IMG/VR virus record: IMGVR_UViG_3300037071_001584
Span: 1-64,000 of that record
Direction: 5' to 3' (one strand)
DNA: 64,000 bases
Origin: an uncultured virus (IMG/VR IMGVR_UViG_3300037071_001584)
Taxonomy: Duplodnaviria > Heunggongvirae > Uroviricota > Caudoviricetes > Crassvirales
Every line of letters begins with the position of its first letter. The stretch's first letter is position 1. Below are positions 18,744-32,200 of the stretch, piece after piece. The translations under genes were made by a program, and so were the position numbers. The notes under the pieces were generated by a model. That model saw only the letters and a list, made by a program, of their open reading frames with translations, ran no database searches and was not told the DNA's origin.

Positions 18744-21700
18744 CTACTCTAATATCGTGTATAATTGATAATAATCTTTATCTAACTGAGACCATATTGG
18801 CACAAGTCTTTTAGTTGCTTTAACTAATTCATTCTTGTGTTTAGCGTCTTCATCTAAATATGAAAAGAAATTTTCATCATCCTCTGGGAAGAAGTTAATT
18901 GGAGTTACAACTTGTTGTATAAAGTCTAAACCTGTTTGTATTAATTTAATACCTGCAACAGGATTTGTTAAAATCTTAGCTGTCTCTCTAGGATCTCTAA
19001 ATTGAGATAATTCAGACTCTAATCTTCTAAGTTGATATACTAAGAACCATAATTCATCATCATCAGGGGCTGCTGCTCCTGCAATTAATGCTCCAATAGC
19101 TGGTAAAATTACAGATGTTAACATTATCTCAAGAGTTGCTTTCTTTAAATTAGCCTTCTCGTGGTCTGATAATGAGTTATATACATCTTTCATATACATC
19201 AATTGCATAGACTTCATTGATGGAACAACTCCATTTACGAAATATCTAGCTAAAGATGTGTAAATACCTTCAGTATATTCTTTCTTAGCAGAACTATAGT
19301 TTAATTCATCTTCAGTTAAGTCTTCTCTACTTTTAAGTGATGTAGATATACCTGTATATCTGTAAGCAAGAGCGCCTAAGAAGAAGTTTTTAAACATCAT
19401 CACTAGTTTACCTGAGATAGTTTTAGACAATTCATTCTTAAAGTTATTATCATAAACACCATACAAGTCAAATACTTTGCTCTTAATCAAAAGATTTATA
19501 TGAGTTTTACCTCCTTTAGCATATTCAGTAGTAAGATTGTGTTTGGTAAATTTAACTTTATCGTCCATTACTAACTTACCTTTGTTGTCCATCTTAAGCA
19601 TATCTAATAATGAAGAAGCTTTAGATTCATCTACAACTTTACCATTCTTATCTATAAATTTATTGTCAGAATTCATCACTTTAAGAGAGTCTAGTACGGC
19701 CATAGTAAGTATAGAGTTCATCATGTGCTCTCCAACTTCGTTTATACCATTCATATTCTTTCTAGAAGCTAACTTCTTTGCCAATGTATTTCTAAGATAT
19801 TCTTGTGTAGCAGGATCAAATCCTCCAAATACATCATACATTTCTAAAGTTTGATTTACAAAAGATGTTTTAACTGGATTACTTAAGTCAGACAATGTGT
19901 TAGGAAGTTCAGTTCCATAAAGTTTCTCAGCTTTAAGTAAATTCTTAGGACTAATAACGTCTCCTCCAAATGACTCTATAAACAATTGAGTGAATCCATT
20001 GAATAAGTTAGCAGTTCCTGATGCTACGTTTAGAGACATAGCAATACTTGCAGTAGCTCCATTTACGTAAGATACAATCTTATTTCCATCTAAAGGACCT
20101 AATCTTCCTCCATGTTCATGAAATACATCATATATCATCCTGTCCATTAAACCTTTTATTCTCTTATATTCATTAGTAAATTCACCTGGAATAGTTACAA
20201 CTGGCTGATTCTTGTTCCAAATATTCATTAAAGGAAGTCCAGTTTTAGTAGAAGTTTGAAAATACCTTTTACTTTTAGATACATCTGCCAACATAATAGC
20301 ATTAGTTTCGACCTTACTTTTCTCTCTAAAGCTAATAACATTGAAATATTCTTTTCTCAGCATTGTAGCTACGTCTAAAGATTGAGTTTTTGGATCTATA
20401 TCACCTCTATAATGAACTTTAACACCGCGAACAGACTCACCTGTTTTGTTATCTATAGCTTCACCATATCCAACATCATCTGGTTTAATCTCAGTAGCAT
20501 CTGTCCACTTTTGTTTAACTAAGCCTTTAAAGTCTTTCTCTACACCTCTTTCGAAATCAGATTTAGTTATAGATGGAAACTTATAGAAACTTACTTGGCC
20601 TGTCTTTCTAACAAGACTCCTACTTCCGCCTGTAGTTGTGTGACCTAATTTGGCTAAAGAAACTGCTTCTTTAAGCATTTCAGCACTAGCTCCAGTTGGT
20701 TTAGTATTTCTATATTTGTCTTTAGGATACCATTTAAGACCATGTTCATCAGATTGATCTCTAACTGTATGCTCTTTCATCCAGGCTTTAGTCTTCTGAT
20801 ACAATGCTTTGTATTCATCATTCTTCATGAAATCTTTAGCCATTACAGCTCCTTCTGCTTTAAGTTTATCCTTCAATTCACTAAGCTCTAATTCCATAGG
20901 TTTGTATTCTTCTAAATAGATATCTCTAAATTTTACACTATAAATACCTTTAAAGAAGTAATTACCATCTTTGTCTTGCTCATATATATCTTTATATAAC
21001 TCAGACGGAGCAAGGTTACCTTTTTCTTTAACTAAATCATTAAAAACATTTTTAAGAGCTAAATCATAATCTTTGTACAAATCTATAATAGTATCTCTTG
21101 CTGCACTAATCATATTAGTGATTATTTGTATAAGTTTACTGTTAGTATTTAAAGGGTCTTCAAAGTTCTTTTTAAATGAACTTATGTCGAATGCTGGATT
21201 GTATACAATTTTCTCTGCAGCTTTAATTAAATCTTCTTCAAATAAATCTTTATCTCTAGTAGTCAACATTCTAGATGCATATTCAATTCTAGATTCACCA
21301 GTTATTTTCTTATCTACATATTCTTTGTAAAGTCTATTTCTGTGATCTGTCTCTACTTGTGTATTAAACTTTGGATTAGCAAGAAATTTAACAGCTTGTT
21401 CGTTTTTTATAGCGTGAAACTGAGATTTAAGTGATTTACTTTCACCTGCAGCATAAGATATAATCTTTCTTATAGAATTAAAATCTTCAACTTCCTCTTC
21501 AGTTAAGTCTTTTTTAAGGACAGAGGCTCCAACAAGTTTACTTATATCATCAATAAGATCATATGCGGCTAGATACTCTTCATAACTATTTATAGTCTTA
21601 AGTAGATCTTCGTCTCTATAGTCTTTTGTTTTCTTATGAAGTCTTTCTAAACCTTTTGTAACTTGAATAACAGTTTTGTTTAATGTATTAGCATAACCTA

Positions 21701-22880
21701 AAATAACTTTAACTTTTTGAGTCTCAGACATTTTGTCCATCTCTTTAATTAAAGCATCTATATTCTTCAAGTGATCTTTTTTGTCTTTCCTTGATATAGG
21801 TTTTTTTGTCTTAGCAGTTCTAGCTCTAGCTTGAGCAATTCTATCTTTAGTTTCTTTTACAAGCTCATCAAGTTTGTTTTCAAAACTAGTCATCTCTGGT
21901 TTAACAAATTCAAGCTCTTTAGCAAACACACCTTTATATTGAGTCTCTTCATTTTCATCCTGAACATTTTGTTCATTGAAGTCCATTATCGTGTTGAATA
22001 AGGTTGTATATTCACTATTTAGTGGTATATTGAAAAATCTTCTTATTGCGTTAATGAATTGATTCCACAATCCTTCAGATTCAGATTTAACTTGATCTCT
22101 AAATTCAGGATTAGAATAAAACTCAGCAACAAATTCAAATTCATTTTTAAATCCATATTCCTCTGCTAAATCACTATCTTTGTATTTCTTCATAAACTTG
22201 TCAACAACTTCAACAAGTTCTTTCTCTGCAAGAGTTCTATTCTTAGGATCTTTAGCTAAAGCATCAGCAGTAATACTATGAACAACTTCATGAAGAAAAG
22301 CTACAACAACATCTTTCTCACTAAGACCTTTAATTCTCTCTGAAGAAACTTGAATTTTCTTAGATACTGGGTCATATTGCATAACTGCAGAAGTAGATAT
22401 CATGACTTCTTCATCAACTAATTCAACTTTTGCTTTCGATCCACCCATAATACGTGCCGCTCTAGTAGCTAAATCTTGCGCGTAAGGCGTTAAATCAGAA
22501 ATTCCAGTACTTATATTAGATAAAATATTATCGACGCTTAAATCGCCTTTAAATAGGTTTTCAGTAAATACTTCAACTTCAGGATCATATGAAATTTCTT
22601 CATCAAGAGTATTTGGAGCATTTTCATCAACTAAATCATGAAAATTTACTTCATCTGACAATCCTATCTCACTAATTGGTTCTGTTAATTTTTGTTCAGG
22701 TTTTGCATTTTCTTTAACAACTGATGCAGTATGTAGTTCGTCTACTGTAGGAAACTTTTCAAGTCCATTTACTTCTTGCCACAAAGATATCTTAGCAGCA
22801 GCAATTAGGGGACTAACCCCTAACTCGCTAGCCAAATCAATAACAGCATGACTCTTATGATTAACACAATGTATTGCCAT
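18744..22880 (-). CDS. Giant virion/ejection protein with zincin-like metallopeptidase motif
   Basis: 1378 aa, FLHEVVH...EFVAE, C-terminal hydrophobic helix, position downstream of vRNAP as in crAss-like phages. Confidence 0.75.
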   Translation of the reverse strand: MAIHCVNHKSHAVIDLASELGVSPLIAAAKISLWQEVNGLEKFPTVDELHTASVVKENAKPEQKLTEPISEIGLSDEVNFHDLVDENAPNTLDEEISYDPEVEVFTENLFKGDLSVDNILSNISTGISDLTPYAQDLATRAARIMGGSKAKVELVDEEVMISTSAVMQYDPVSKKIQVSSERIKGLSEKDVVVAFLHEVVHSITADALAKDPKNRTLAEKELVEVVDKFMKKYKDSDLAEEYGFKNEFEFVAEFYSNPEFRDQVKSESEGLWNQFINAIRRFFNIPLNSEYTTLFNTIMDFNEQNVQDENEETQYKGVFAKELEFVKPEMTSFENKLDELVKETKDRIAQARARTAKTKKPISRKDKKDHLKNIDALIKEMDKMSETQKVKVILGYANTLNKTVIQVTKGLERLHKKTKDYRDEDLLKTINSYEEYLAAYDLIDDISKLVGASVLKKDLTEEEVEDFNSIRKIISYAAGESKSLKSQFHAIKNEQAVKFLANPKFNTQVETDHRNRLYKEYVDKKITGESRIEYASRMLTTRDKDLFEEDLIKAAEKIVYNPAFDISSFKKNFEDPLNTNSKLIQIITNMISAARDTIIDLYKDYDLALKNVFNDLVKEKGNLAPSELYKDIYEQDKDGNYFFKGIYSVKFRDIYLEEYKPMELELSELKDKLKAEGAVMAKDFMKNDEYKALYQKTKAWMKEHTVRDQSDEHGLKWYPKDKYRNTKPTGASAEMLKEAVSLAKLGHTTTGGSRSLVRKTGQVSFYKFPSITKSDFERGVEKDFKGLVKQKWTDATEIKPDDVGYGEAIDNKTGESVRGVKVHYRGDIDPKTQSLDVATMLRKEYFNVISFREKSKVETNAIMLADVSKSKRYFQTSTKTGLPLMNIWNKNQPVVTIPGEFTNEYKRIKGLMDRMIYDVFHEHGGRLGPLDGNKIVSYVNGATASIAMSLNVASGTANLFNGFTQLFIESFGGDVISPKNLLKAEKLYGTELPNTLSDLSNPVKTSFVNQTLEMYDVFGGFDPATQEYLRNTLAKKLASRKNMNGINEVGEHMMNSILTMAVLDSLKVMNSDNKFIDKNGKVVDESKASSLLDMLKMDNKGKLVMDDKVKFTKHNLTTEYAKGGKTHINLLIKSKVFDLYGVYDNNFKNELSKTISGKLVMMFKNFFLGALAYRYTGISTSLKSREDLTEDELNYSSAKKEYTEGIYTSLARYFVNGVVPSMKSMQLMYMKDVYNSLSDHEKANLKKATLEIMLTSVILPAIGALIAGAAAPDDDELWFLVYQLRRLESELSQFRDPRETAKILTNPVAGIKLIQTGLDFIQQVVTPINFFPEDDENFFSYLDEDAKHKNELVKATKRLVPIWSQLDKDYYQLYTILE

Positions 22881-22886
22881 ATATTT

Positions 22887-23249
22887 TTATTTTAAAAATT
22901 TTAATTTATATAGCGTACTATATATTAATTCTAATATGTCATCAATTATTTGTTGTAGATATCCGCAGTCACTTAAAGACTCTCTAAAGGATTTAAAAGA
23001 CTCAATAAATCCTTCTAAATAAGAAATTGGACTAATGCTTTCAGAAATAGAAAACGACTTATAGCCTTTTATAATTCCATATTCTCCTTGGTAAGACTCA
23101 ATGAATCTATCTCTAAGATCTACAATATCTCTATATAATCCATCTAAAGCTTTATGCTCTGCAAAACTAGATGTTTGCAAGTGAGCAATATGTGCATTTA
23201 CTTCTATTGCAAATAGGTTAGACACAAACTCTTGTACTTTATTTTCCAT
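22887..23249 (-). CDS. Ferritin/Dps-like four-helix protein
   Basis: HIAHLQT, AEHKAL, DRFIESYQG, YKLKFL. Confidence 0.7.
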   Translation of the reverse strand: MENKVQEFVSNLFAIEVNAHIAHLQTSSFAEHKALDGLYRDIVDLRDRFIESYQGEYGIIKGYKSFSISESISPISYLEGFIESFKSFRESLSDCGYLQQIIDDILELIYSTLYKLKFLK

Positions 23250-26200
23250 AACATTCTATTAATTTTTCTTTTTCATCGTCACTTAACGCCATGAATGACT
23301 CCTTAGTCATAGTAGGATCTGCTTGTTGGAAAGCCTTAGAATGCTTATTCCATGAATCTTCAATAAACTTATCATAATCTTGTTCAGTAGTCTCTTCTCC
23401 AGTTAAATTCAATGCTCTTGAGGCATTTCCTTCAATAGTCTCAGCTTTGTTACTAATTCCAATTACAGTAGTTTTAGCTCTAGTTAAAGCCGTATAAATA
23501 CTTCTAGATTTAGATTTTGCTGATAAAGGACCAACACTATTGATGTCTTGGATATCTACTATAACACTATCATATGTAGAACCTTGAGATTTATGTGAAG
23601 TTATAGCATAAGCATAATCTATGTTAGCAAAAGACTTTTTAAGTCCCCATGCTTGTGCATACATTTGCTTTCTTAATGCTCCAGGAGGCATTTGTTTAGC
23701 CTTAGCGAACATCTCAGCTACTCTTTCATTAAACTCAACTTTAGATTCATCTGCAAGTACTGGAAATGACATATCAGTATTAGTTCCATCACCACGCTCT
23801 ACAGTAACTGCATAAGCTTGAAAACCATTATATGTAGTCTTTCTAACACCTTTTATAGAGAATTCATCACTATTAGATACCTTAGTTCTAGAATCAACAT
23901 CAAAGTTGTCTTGGAACATTATAATATCATTCTCAATTAATTGAGGCACATCTTCTCCGAATACAGCTTTTCTAATATCATTATTGTAAGCAGTTCTTGT
24001 AGCGTTTCTATATGTAACAACTTTGATTACATTAGGGTTTTGCTCAAGTATACCTCTTTTAAATGAGTCTACTACATCTTCAAATATATGACCAAATGAT
24101 CTTACAAATACTAAATTACCTTTAGGAGATAATGTATCTTTCATAACTCCATCTGGAACAGGATCTTGTTGAGAAGTTTCTAACTCAGAGTTATCCCAAT
24201 AATAATCTGCAAATGGAAGTATAGGAGACTCTTCTCCTTGACGAACACGTTCAGTTAGGCTAGCTTTATTCTCAGAATCAAATACAGGACTAATGCTATC
24301 TAAATCAGTTTTAGACCATCCATGATAATAAGGATTTTTAAGATCTCTAATAGGAGGCAATTGACCTCTATCTCCCAAGAACACTAATTTAGCAGATCTT
24401 CTTTTCATCTCCATCATCATCTCAATAGCCTCTTCATTAACCATAGAAGCTTCATCTATAATAATAATATCATGTTTAGTAATCTTAGCATCTTCAGAAA
24501 ATGAATCAGTAAACTCACCTGTCTCAACATCCATAGTCTTGCCTAATATACCAGCTATACTTCCACTTTCAATCTTCCCAGGATATCTATTGTCAAGCTT
24601 CTCTGATAAAACTAACTTAGCTTTATGAGATAATGCTGCAATTAAAATCTTTTTACCTGCATTTACAAATGGGGCAATAGCTTCTTGTACAATAGTAGTT
24701 TTACCAGTACCAGCCTTACCTTCAATTACAAGTATCTCTCCTGGATTACCATTCTTAACAAACTCTTGAATTACGTTAATTGCATTCTCTTGTTGTTCAT
24801 TTGCAGGTTTAAATACTTGCTTATTATTAATGCTGTCATAAGGAGGGTTTGTTATAATATCAACTTTAGGTGTTGCAAGAATACCATGTTCAGCTAAACT
24901 AAGTATGTTCCTTCTTTCAGAAGATTCATCTACCCATTTCATTATCTTATTATTAGTAAGAGAAATAATTGTATTATTAGGAGTAACAACATAATCACTA
25001 CCTAAGTAAGTAACAAATTTACCTTTCTCTTTTCTACTTGTAAGTTTAGATTTAGATACAGACAGCTTAGCTAAAGCACCTTCCATTCCTGGATTATATA
25101 TTTGAACAGTTCCTATTGCATTAAATTGAGTAACTATATATGGAACTCCATTATAATCTACAAATCTACCAATTTCTAAAGGATATTCGCTAATAGGTTC
25201 AATTTTCTTGATATTAGTACCAGCTTCTCTTTTAACTGCTTCATATTCTTCTTCGGTTAACTCATGAGGAACAACATCTGCATCAGCTGCGTCCATTATA
25301 GCCTCTTCAGTTCTTTTATACAAATCTCTAATGGCTTGTTTTGCAGCTTCTTCTTTTTTAGTTCCTAAATACTCTTGTCTAGGAGTCCATTTATTAGTAG
25401 ATTTATCTAAAGTATTATAATTTTCTATATCTCTAGTTCCAACACCTGCAAAATCCTTAGTCAAAATAGGTGGTTTATGTAGTTCAAAATACTTACCATT
25501 CCATCTATTCCACTTTTCAGTTTTAGTGTCCCATACGTAAACAGGTTTTCTTAACTTAATACCTAATTGAACTGCAGTATTAGTTCCTCCATGTACAGCT
25601 GTTGAATTGAATTTATCATTAATATCTAAAGGAGCTACAGCAAATACAGCATCAGAATTAGCTACTTGATAGTAATTTCTAACTTGAAGATTGCCTTGAA
25701 CTGTATTTGGGAATTTTTTACCAAGCAATCTCTCAACTTCAATCCTAGCAGTTTCCATTTGTTCATCTGTTAATACAGTTGCTTCTACTTTGCTATTTTT
25801 AAGTTTTTGAGATAGTCCAGTATTTTTGCCCTCTCTATAATGTTTATGTTCAGTAACACCAAATTCTCTACCAATAATATCAAAGTATGTATCTGCACCA
25901 TAAGCTCCACCACTATGATTAGTTATTTCAGACATAGAAGATACTTCTAGTACAGGTTCTTTTAATACTATAGAATCTTTTATATCTTCAACTTTACGAT
26001 ATACTGGAGCAAGTTCTTTAACTTCAACAGGTTTCCCTGGCTCTTCAATTCTTTCATCAACCTCTGATAATTCAAAGTTAGGATTAAAGTTTTCTCTTTC
26101 AGTTACAACCATATTCATTAAATAGTCAATTTCTTCTTTATTACTTAATTCTGGTCTCTTAATGAATCTATCTCCATATTCTATAACAACACTTCCTTTA

Positions 26201-29200
26201 AGTTTCTTACCAAGAGGATTTACTCTTGTATAAATTCCTTTGTTTTCAGAATCATATCCTTCAAGTTTATAAATATGATTATCATCTAATTGAACATAGA
26301 ATCTAGACTTACCAGATTCTTTCTTAATGAAGCCAGATTCTTTATCTCTAGTAACCATTTCATTCTCGAATACTAAAGGAACATATTTGTACTTATGTGT
26401 ATTGTTTAAATAGAATTTATCTATGAAATCTTCTTGATTTGCTCTAGAAAATTTAGGAACAAAGTAATTTACACCTTCATTTATCATATATTCATGAGGA
26501 ATATATGTATAGAACTGATTAGAGTTCATTCTAAATCCTGAAGTAAGAAATGAATACTTTATTAAATCTTCAGCAAATTGAACATGGTCTAATCTTAAAT
26601 CTCTCCATGAATCAGTAAACTTCTCTTCAAATGATGTAGATTTCTTTCTATTATTCAAAGATATGATCTTAACTTTACCATCTCTTTTAATTTGAAGCTC
26701 ATCTAAGATCATATACTTACCTCTATATTCCTTTCTAAATTCATCAAATTTAGCAGGAAGATTATTAAGTAAATCTCTAGACTCTTCTTCAGATAAGTTA
26801 AATGGATTAAAGTTAGACATTACATAAGTGTAGTAGTTTTTCTCTAAATCTGTAGTAAGCTCTTCATTTGTAGCAGGCATACTATATAAATCATCAGAAA
26901 TTGTATTAAACATTTTCTGAACTTTCTCCTGTCCTTGAGGAAATAAACTTGGATTAGATTGGACTATTCTCATCATCTCTTTAAGAGATTCAAAGTAATG
27001 TCCTAATGTAGTATTGTCAAACTTAGATTGAAGTCCATTTAAAGCCTTGTAATTATCATTCTCTTCTTTACCTAAAATATATTGTTTTAAGTTAAAAATA
27101 GAATATAATGAGTTAATATTTTTACCCATACCATTAGTGTCTAATTTAGAGACATCAACATTCTCTTTCATAGTTTTACTAACTTCTTGCAATTCTAAGA
27201 ACTTTTTATATACAGCTAATTGAAATGGACCATCTGGCTTGCCAGTAATTTGTTCTCTAAAGAATTGTAAGTCATATTCTTTACTAGTTATATTAACAGT
27301 TTCTTCCTTAAAGATTTCATTATGAGCATCTCTAATCTCATCCAATATTGGATTTATTTCATCAAATGTAGCTTTCTTTCCAAGAACTTTTTTAATCTCA
27401 CTAACTCCTTTATCTAGTGCCTTATCATTAAGAATCCCATCTGCTTTCATTTTTTGATAAACAACTCCATAAGGAAATCCTTTTTCATCTTGAAGCTTGA
27501 TAAGATTTTCTAATACAAGATTTCTTTTAAATTTAGTCTTAGTGTCTCCACTATTCTTAGATGTAATTGATTCAAGACTAGATTGATACTGAACATATTG
27601 CTTTATTATTGGCTGAGCCATAAATGCAGTAACATACAAAGGATGTGTGCCTGATCTTAACAATAAGTTTCCTATATTAGTTGTAGATGTAGTCCAGTTT
27701 CCTCTAGTAATATAAGGGTCTTTGGCTATATCCACAAATGCATTAAGAATTGCAGTTAATGAATCGCCTATCTTAACTTTACTAATTTCGTTAGCAAGTT
27801 CTTCAGATCCATTCATTGCTTTAAGATAATACTCTAAATCAGATGGACTTAATTGTTCAGAAAACTCTTTATCAAATACTGTCTCTCTAATATTATTTCT
27901 AACTTCACTATGTCCCCAACCAATGTAGTATTTATTTAGACTTAAATTACCTATTCTATTAATATCAACCAAAGCGTTAGCTTCTTGACCAACACCTGCT
28001 TTACCCCCAATAAATTCATATCTAAGTTTGATATCACTAACAGCGTCAAAGTGAAACATAGGTTTACTTGTATCAGCCTTCACAAGGTCTTTTATCTCGT
28101 TCTCAATGAACTTAATATCTACGGGCTTCATAACATCCTTAATTACTTTTGGATTCGTTAAAACAGCCTTATATAGCTCCACAAGCCTATTCTGAACAGC
28201 TTCCTTAGATTGTTCTTCATTGGACAACTCTGGATTGTATTCAGTGTACTTAAGTTTGCCTTCTGATAATGTATAGTTAGACATCATAATGAACATCTTA
28301 TCAATATCAAAATCCGATCCAGTTTTAGTTGTAATACCTGTGTAAGCTACAATTGTATCGCCATTCTCTTCAGGAAGGATTCCTACTATTTGTAATGCAT
28401 CATTAGATGAAAGTCCTTGATTTGGAATACGATATCCTACTATATTACTTAAAATTCTATCATCTATAATCCCTTCAACTTTATTACCATCTTCATCTGT
28501 ATATCCAAATAATTCTTCAGCTTTATATTTTTTGTAGTCAGGAATATATTTAGCAATAAACGATCCTGATATTAATATACCTCCTGGTCTAATCTTAGTT
28601 TTACCAGTATCTTCATCTACATATATTGTAGGTTCAAATGTGGTATCTCCATTGTTTAATACAGGACTCCATATAATACCTTTGTCTCCATTTTCTTTAG
28701 ATATGCCAAAGTTAGACATCTGAATGAATGCTCCACCATTAGTTTTAATCTTAATCAGCCTATCATTCATAATAGAAGAATAGATGCTTATGATCTTGTC
28801 TATAGACTGTGGCATTCCATATAAAGTAACTTGTTTATTAAGAGCATCAATTATATTTTTAGATCCACCTCTTTTTTCAAGCTCTTTAACTAAAGCGTTA
28901 TATAATCCTTTTACATTGTTTATCTTACCACTCTTACCTATACTAAACTCTTTGTTAACTTCTTCAAGTCCTTTACCTATAAGGCCTTTAACTATGTCAG
29001 AAATTCCATCTGAAATCTCCTTTCCAGTTACATCTTTTCCATCTAAATAGAAACCTTTTTGTTTTGCATTAAACTTTAGACCTGCAAATATATTCTTTTG
29101 AATTTGAGATCCTACATCAGTTTGTTTAAATGTTTTAATAGGAAGATCTTGTTGCAATTTCCATCCATAATTAGACAGACTTACCTTATTAAAAGTAACA

Positions 29201-32200
29201 TTATCTATCTCTCCTTTAGCATTATGAATAGTAGTTGGAGTAGGAGAACCTACTTTAAATCCATCTATTGTAATAAGCTCATCAACACCTTGCTCTTGCA
29301 TTCCATTAAACAACTTCTCTAGTCCAGTATTTTTAACTAAACCTCTAGTTAATACAGCTTGAGAGTATTTAAGGTATGTAGGAGTTTTTCCATTCATATA
29401 AAAGTAAACACCCTTTAATGGTTGTGCCATTATCTTAAGTTCGTCTTTAGTATAGATTGGATGTGTATCTGATGTCATTTTCTCATACACAGCATTGTGA
29501 GTTTTATTATCCCACTTACCAAGTCTTTCAAGTAAGAATCTCCATCTTTGAGGAGTTATCCAAGCTTGAGCATCAGCAGAGTTAATTTTTTTGTATGGTT
29601 TAGCACCATCTTCTCCAAGCATTTCAACTAACTTATCAAATACAGGAGATTCTATTTCTATACTATTAATTGTAGCAGCAGTAAAAGTTTCTTCTCCCTC
29701 TTTCAATCTCAATTGAAGTCCATCAGTATATGTACCAGGAATACGTTTCTTATAATCAACCATGTTTTTATAGAAAGCAACATCTCCTGTAAACAGTTTA
29801 GAGTACTCTATATTTTGAATTAATCCGTTAATATAGAAGTCAGATGCTGCAGATGTAACTGCATTAGTTGTATCTCCAAAATTATTTTCTAAATACTTTT
29901 TAAAAACGTCTTTATCTATTCTTTTATTAGAATAACCGTCTTTATTTATTTCTACAACTTCTTGGTTAATCAATGAGAATACAGTTTCTTGTATACCACC
30001 TTGTAGCATATCATTAATATATGCTTCTATCTCAGATCTTAACTCTGGATTAGTAGACAAGTCAGCAGTATGTTTAATACTACCATCACTGTTATATAAC
30101 TTACTTTTAATTTCATTAACAGCACTATTGTCAGATTTCTCTGAGAAAGATAACTCTGGAAAGTATTGAGAATTAAATGCATTACCATTCTTTGAGTAAA
30201 TATCTGAACCTGCTTTGTAATGATAATGTATTCTAAGATTCTCAGGGTTCTCACCAGCAACATCTACTTCAGCATTAGCCTCCTTCATTCTATTGAATTC
30301 AGAGTTAAAGTAGTTGAAGAACAATCTTAATGTTCTATCATTAATAGAAACCTCATCATTTCTAATAGTAGTTGTATCTACAAATAGTCCAGTTCTAATT
30401 TGAAGATCTGTAGTCTTATCAGCAGGAGTTGTTGTTCTTACATATGAATTTGATAATACCTTATTTAAGTTATCATTAAAGTAATCATTGTAAGATATAT
30501 CACTTGCAGACACATAGTCTCCGTCTTTCTCTTGAAATGTATTGAACACGCCTAAATTTAAACTATCAAGTCTTTCTTTAGATACTTTTCTTCTTTCTTC
30601 TTTTAGTCCATCTTTAAGAACTTTTTTATTTCCAAATTCATCTTTAGGATTAATATCTAATGCTAGTAAGTATTTTGCAAGTTCAGATCCTTTATTATAT
30701 GCAGATTGGTCATACCAATTTCTTAACAATTCAGGATTTTTCTTCCATTGTAAAATTCTAGTAGAGATATATGACGGATATGAAAACAACCATTTATTCT
30801 TACCTGAAGTCCATATACTTGCATCAGAACCTTCTGACAAAAAGAAAGACTCTGCTTTAGCTAACTCTTTAAATATACTTTGAGTTTCAAAAGGATTGTT
30901 AAAATCTTTATGAGCTTTTTTAAAATAGTTTAAAGATTTCTTTAGAACATAACTAGTTCTTTGAACAGATTTAGTTAACTTACCTTTCTGATGTTCAATA
31001 TTGAATGATTTGGATCCATTATCATCTAAATAGTTAATAAAACCATTCTTTGTCAATTCAACTCCTAACTCTCTAGTTAAAGCAACATATTCATTAGAGT
31101 ATTTAGTAAATTCCTCTTCGGACATATCTTTAGAAACTAAATTAAGAAGTGAATCTAGCTCACTTATAATACCTTCTAAATTAGCTTTAGCTCCTTCTTT
31201 AAATGAATTATCTTCTTTCAAGAAACTTAGTCTAAAGTTATTACCCCATTCTGATTCAACAATAGATGCCTTAGATCCAGACTCTGAAACTTCTTTCACG
31301 TCTAACTTAAATGTCTTTTCGACATTGCTAGTTTCCGTATCTACAACTTTAGTTCTTATCTCAGATACAAGAAAGTTTTGCTTATGTAAGTTAAATGCTT
31401 GAGCAAATTGATTCTTATCGCTTTCAGTAAATCTCTTATCGTTAAAGAATCCAATCAATTGATTTAGGTATTCTTTTTTGTAGGCTATTTTCTTAATCTG
31501 AGTTCTTTGCAATTCAAACATATCTTCACCAGGAAGAGCAACTTGATTTGAAATGTTGTTTAAAAGAGTTGAGTATACATCATTAAATGGAACAAACGTA
31601 GGTTCATTCCATACAGGATCTCTTTCTTCGTTGTTTTCAAGCAAAGACAATCTAAGTTTAATGTTGTTACTTAAAGAATTCTTACTGTCTTGTTCAAATG
31701 AAGCTTTGTTGAATACAGGATCTTTACCTTCTTCACTTATCGTTTGTAAGTCAGAAGCTTCGTCGTTATCAACTCTTTTAATACTTATCTGTTTGTAAAA
31801 ATTGTCAATTCTATCTACATATTCATCTAAATAATCTAATGACTTTCCGAGAGATCTAGACATAAATTTCCCTTTAGGACCTTCTGTTTGAAGAGAAGCT
31901 ATCTTCTTTTTTATTTCAGATTCAACATGATCTCTTAATCTAGGAAGTTTTTCTCCTTCTTCGAATTCAATGTTATTGAAGTTAATATTAGGAGATTGTT
32001 TAAAGTAATTTAAAGCAAGTCTAGAAACAATTCTATCCATTTGTTTATAGTCAAAAACAGAACGAAGTCCTCTTTTTTCTATTGGATATGGTATCTGTTC
32101 ATCATTTTTACTAATGAAGTAATACTTTTTAGACTCTTCACTATAAAACAATTTAGGTTCTCCATTATCGTAAACTCTTTTACTGAATGAAGGATCTCCT

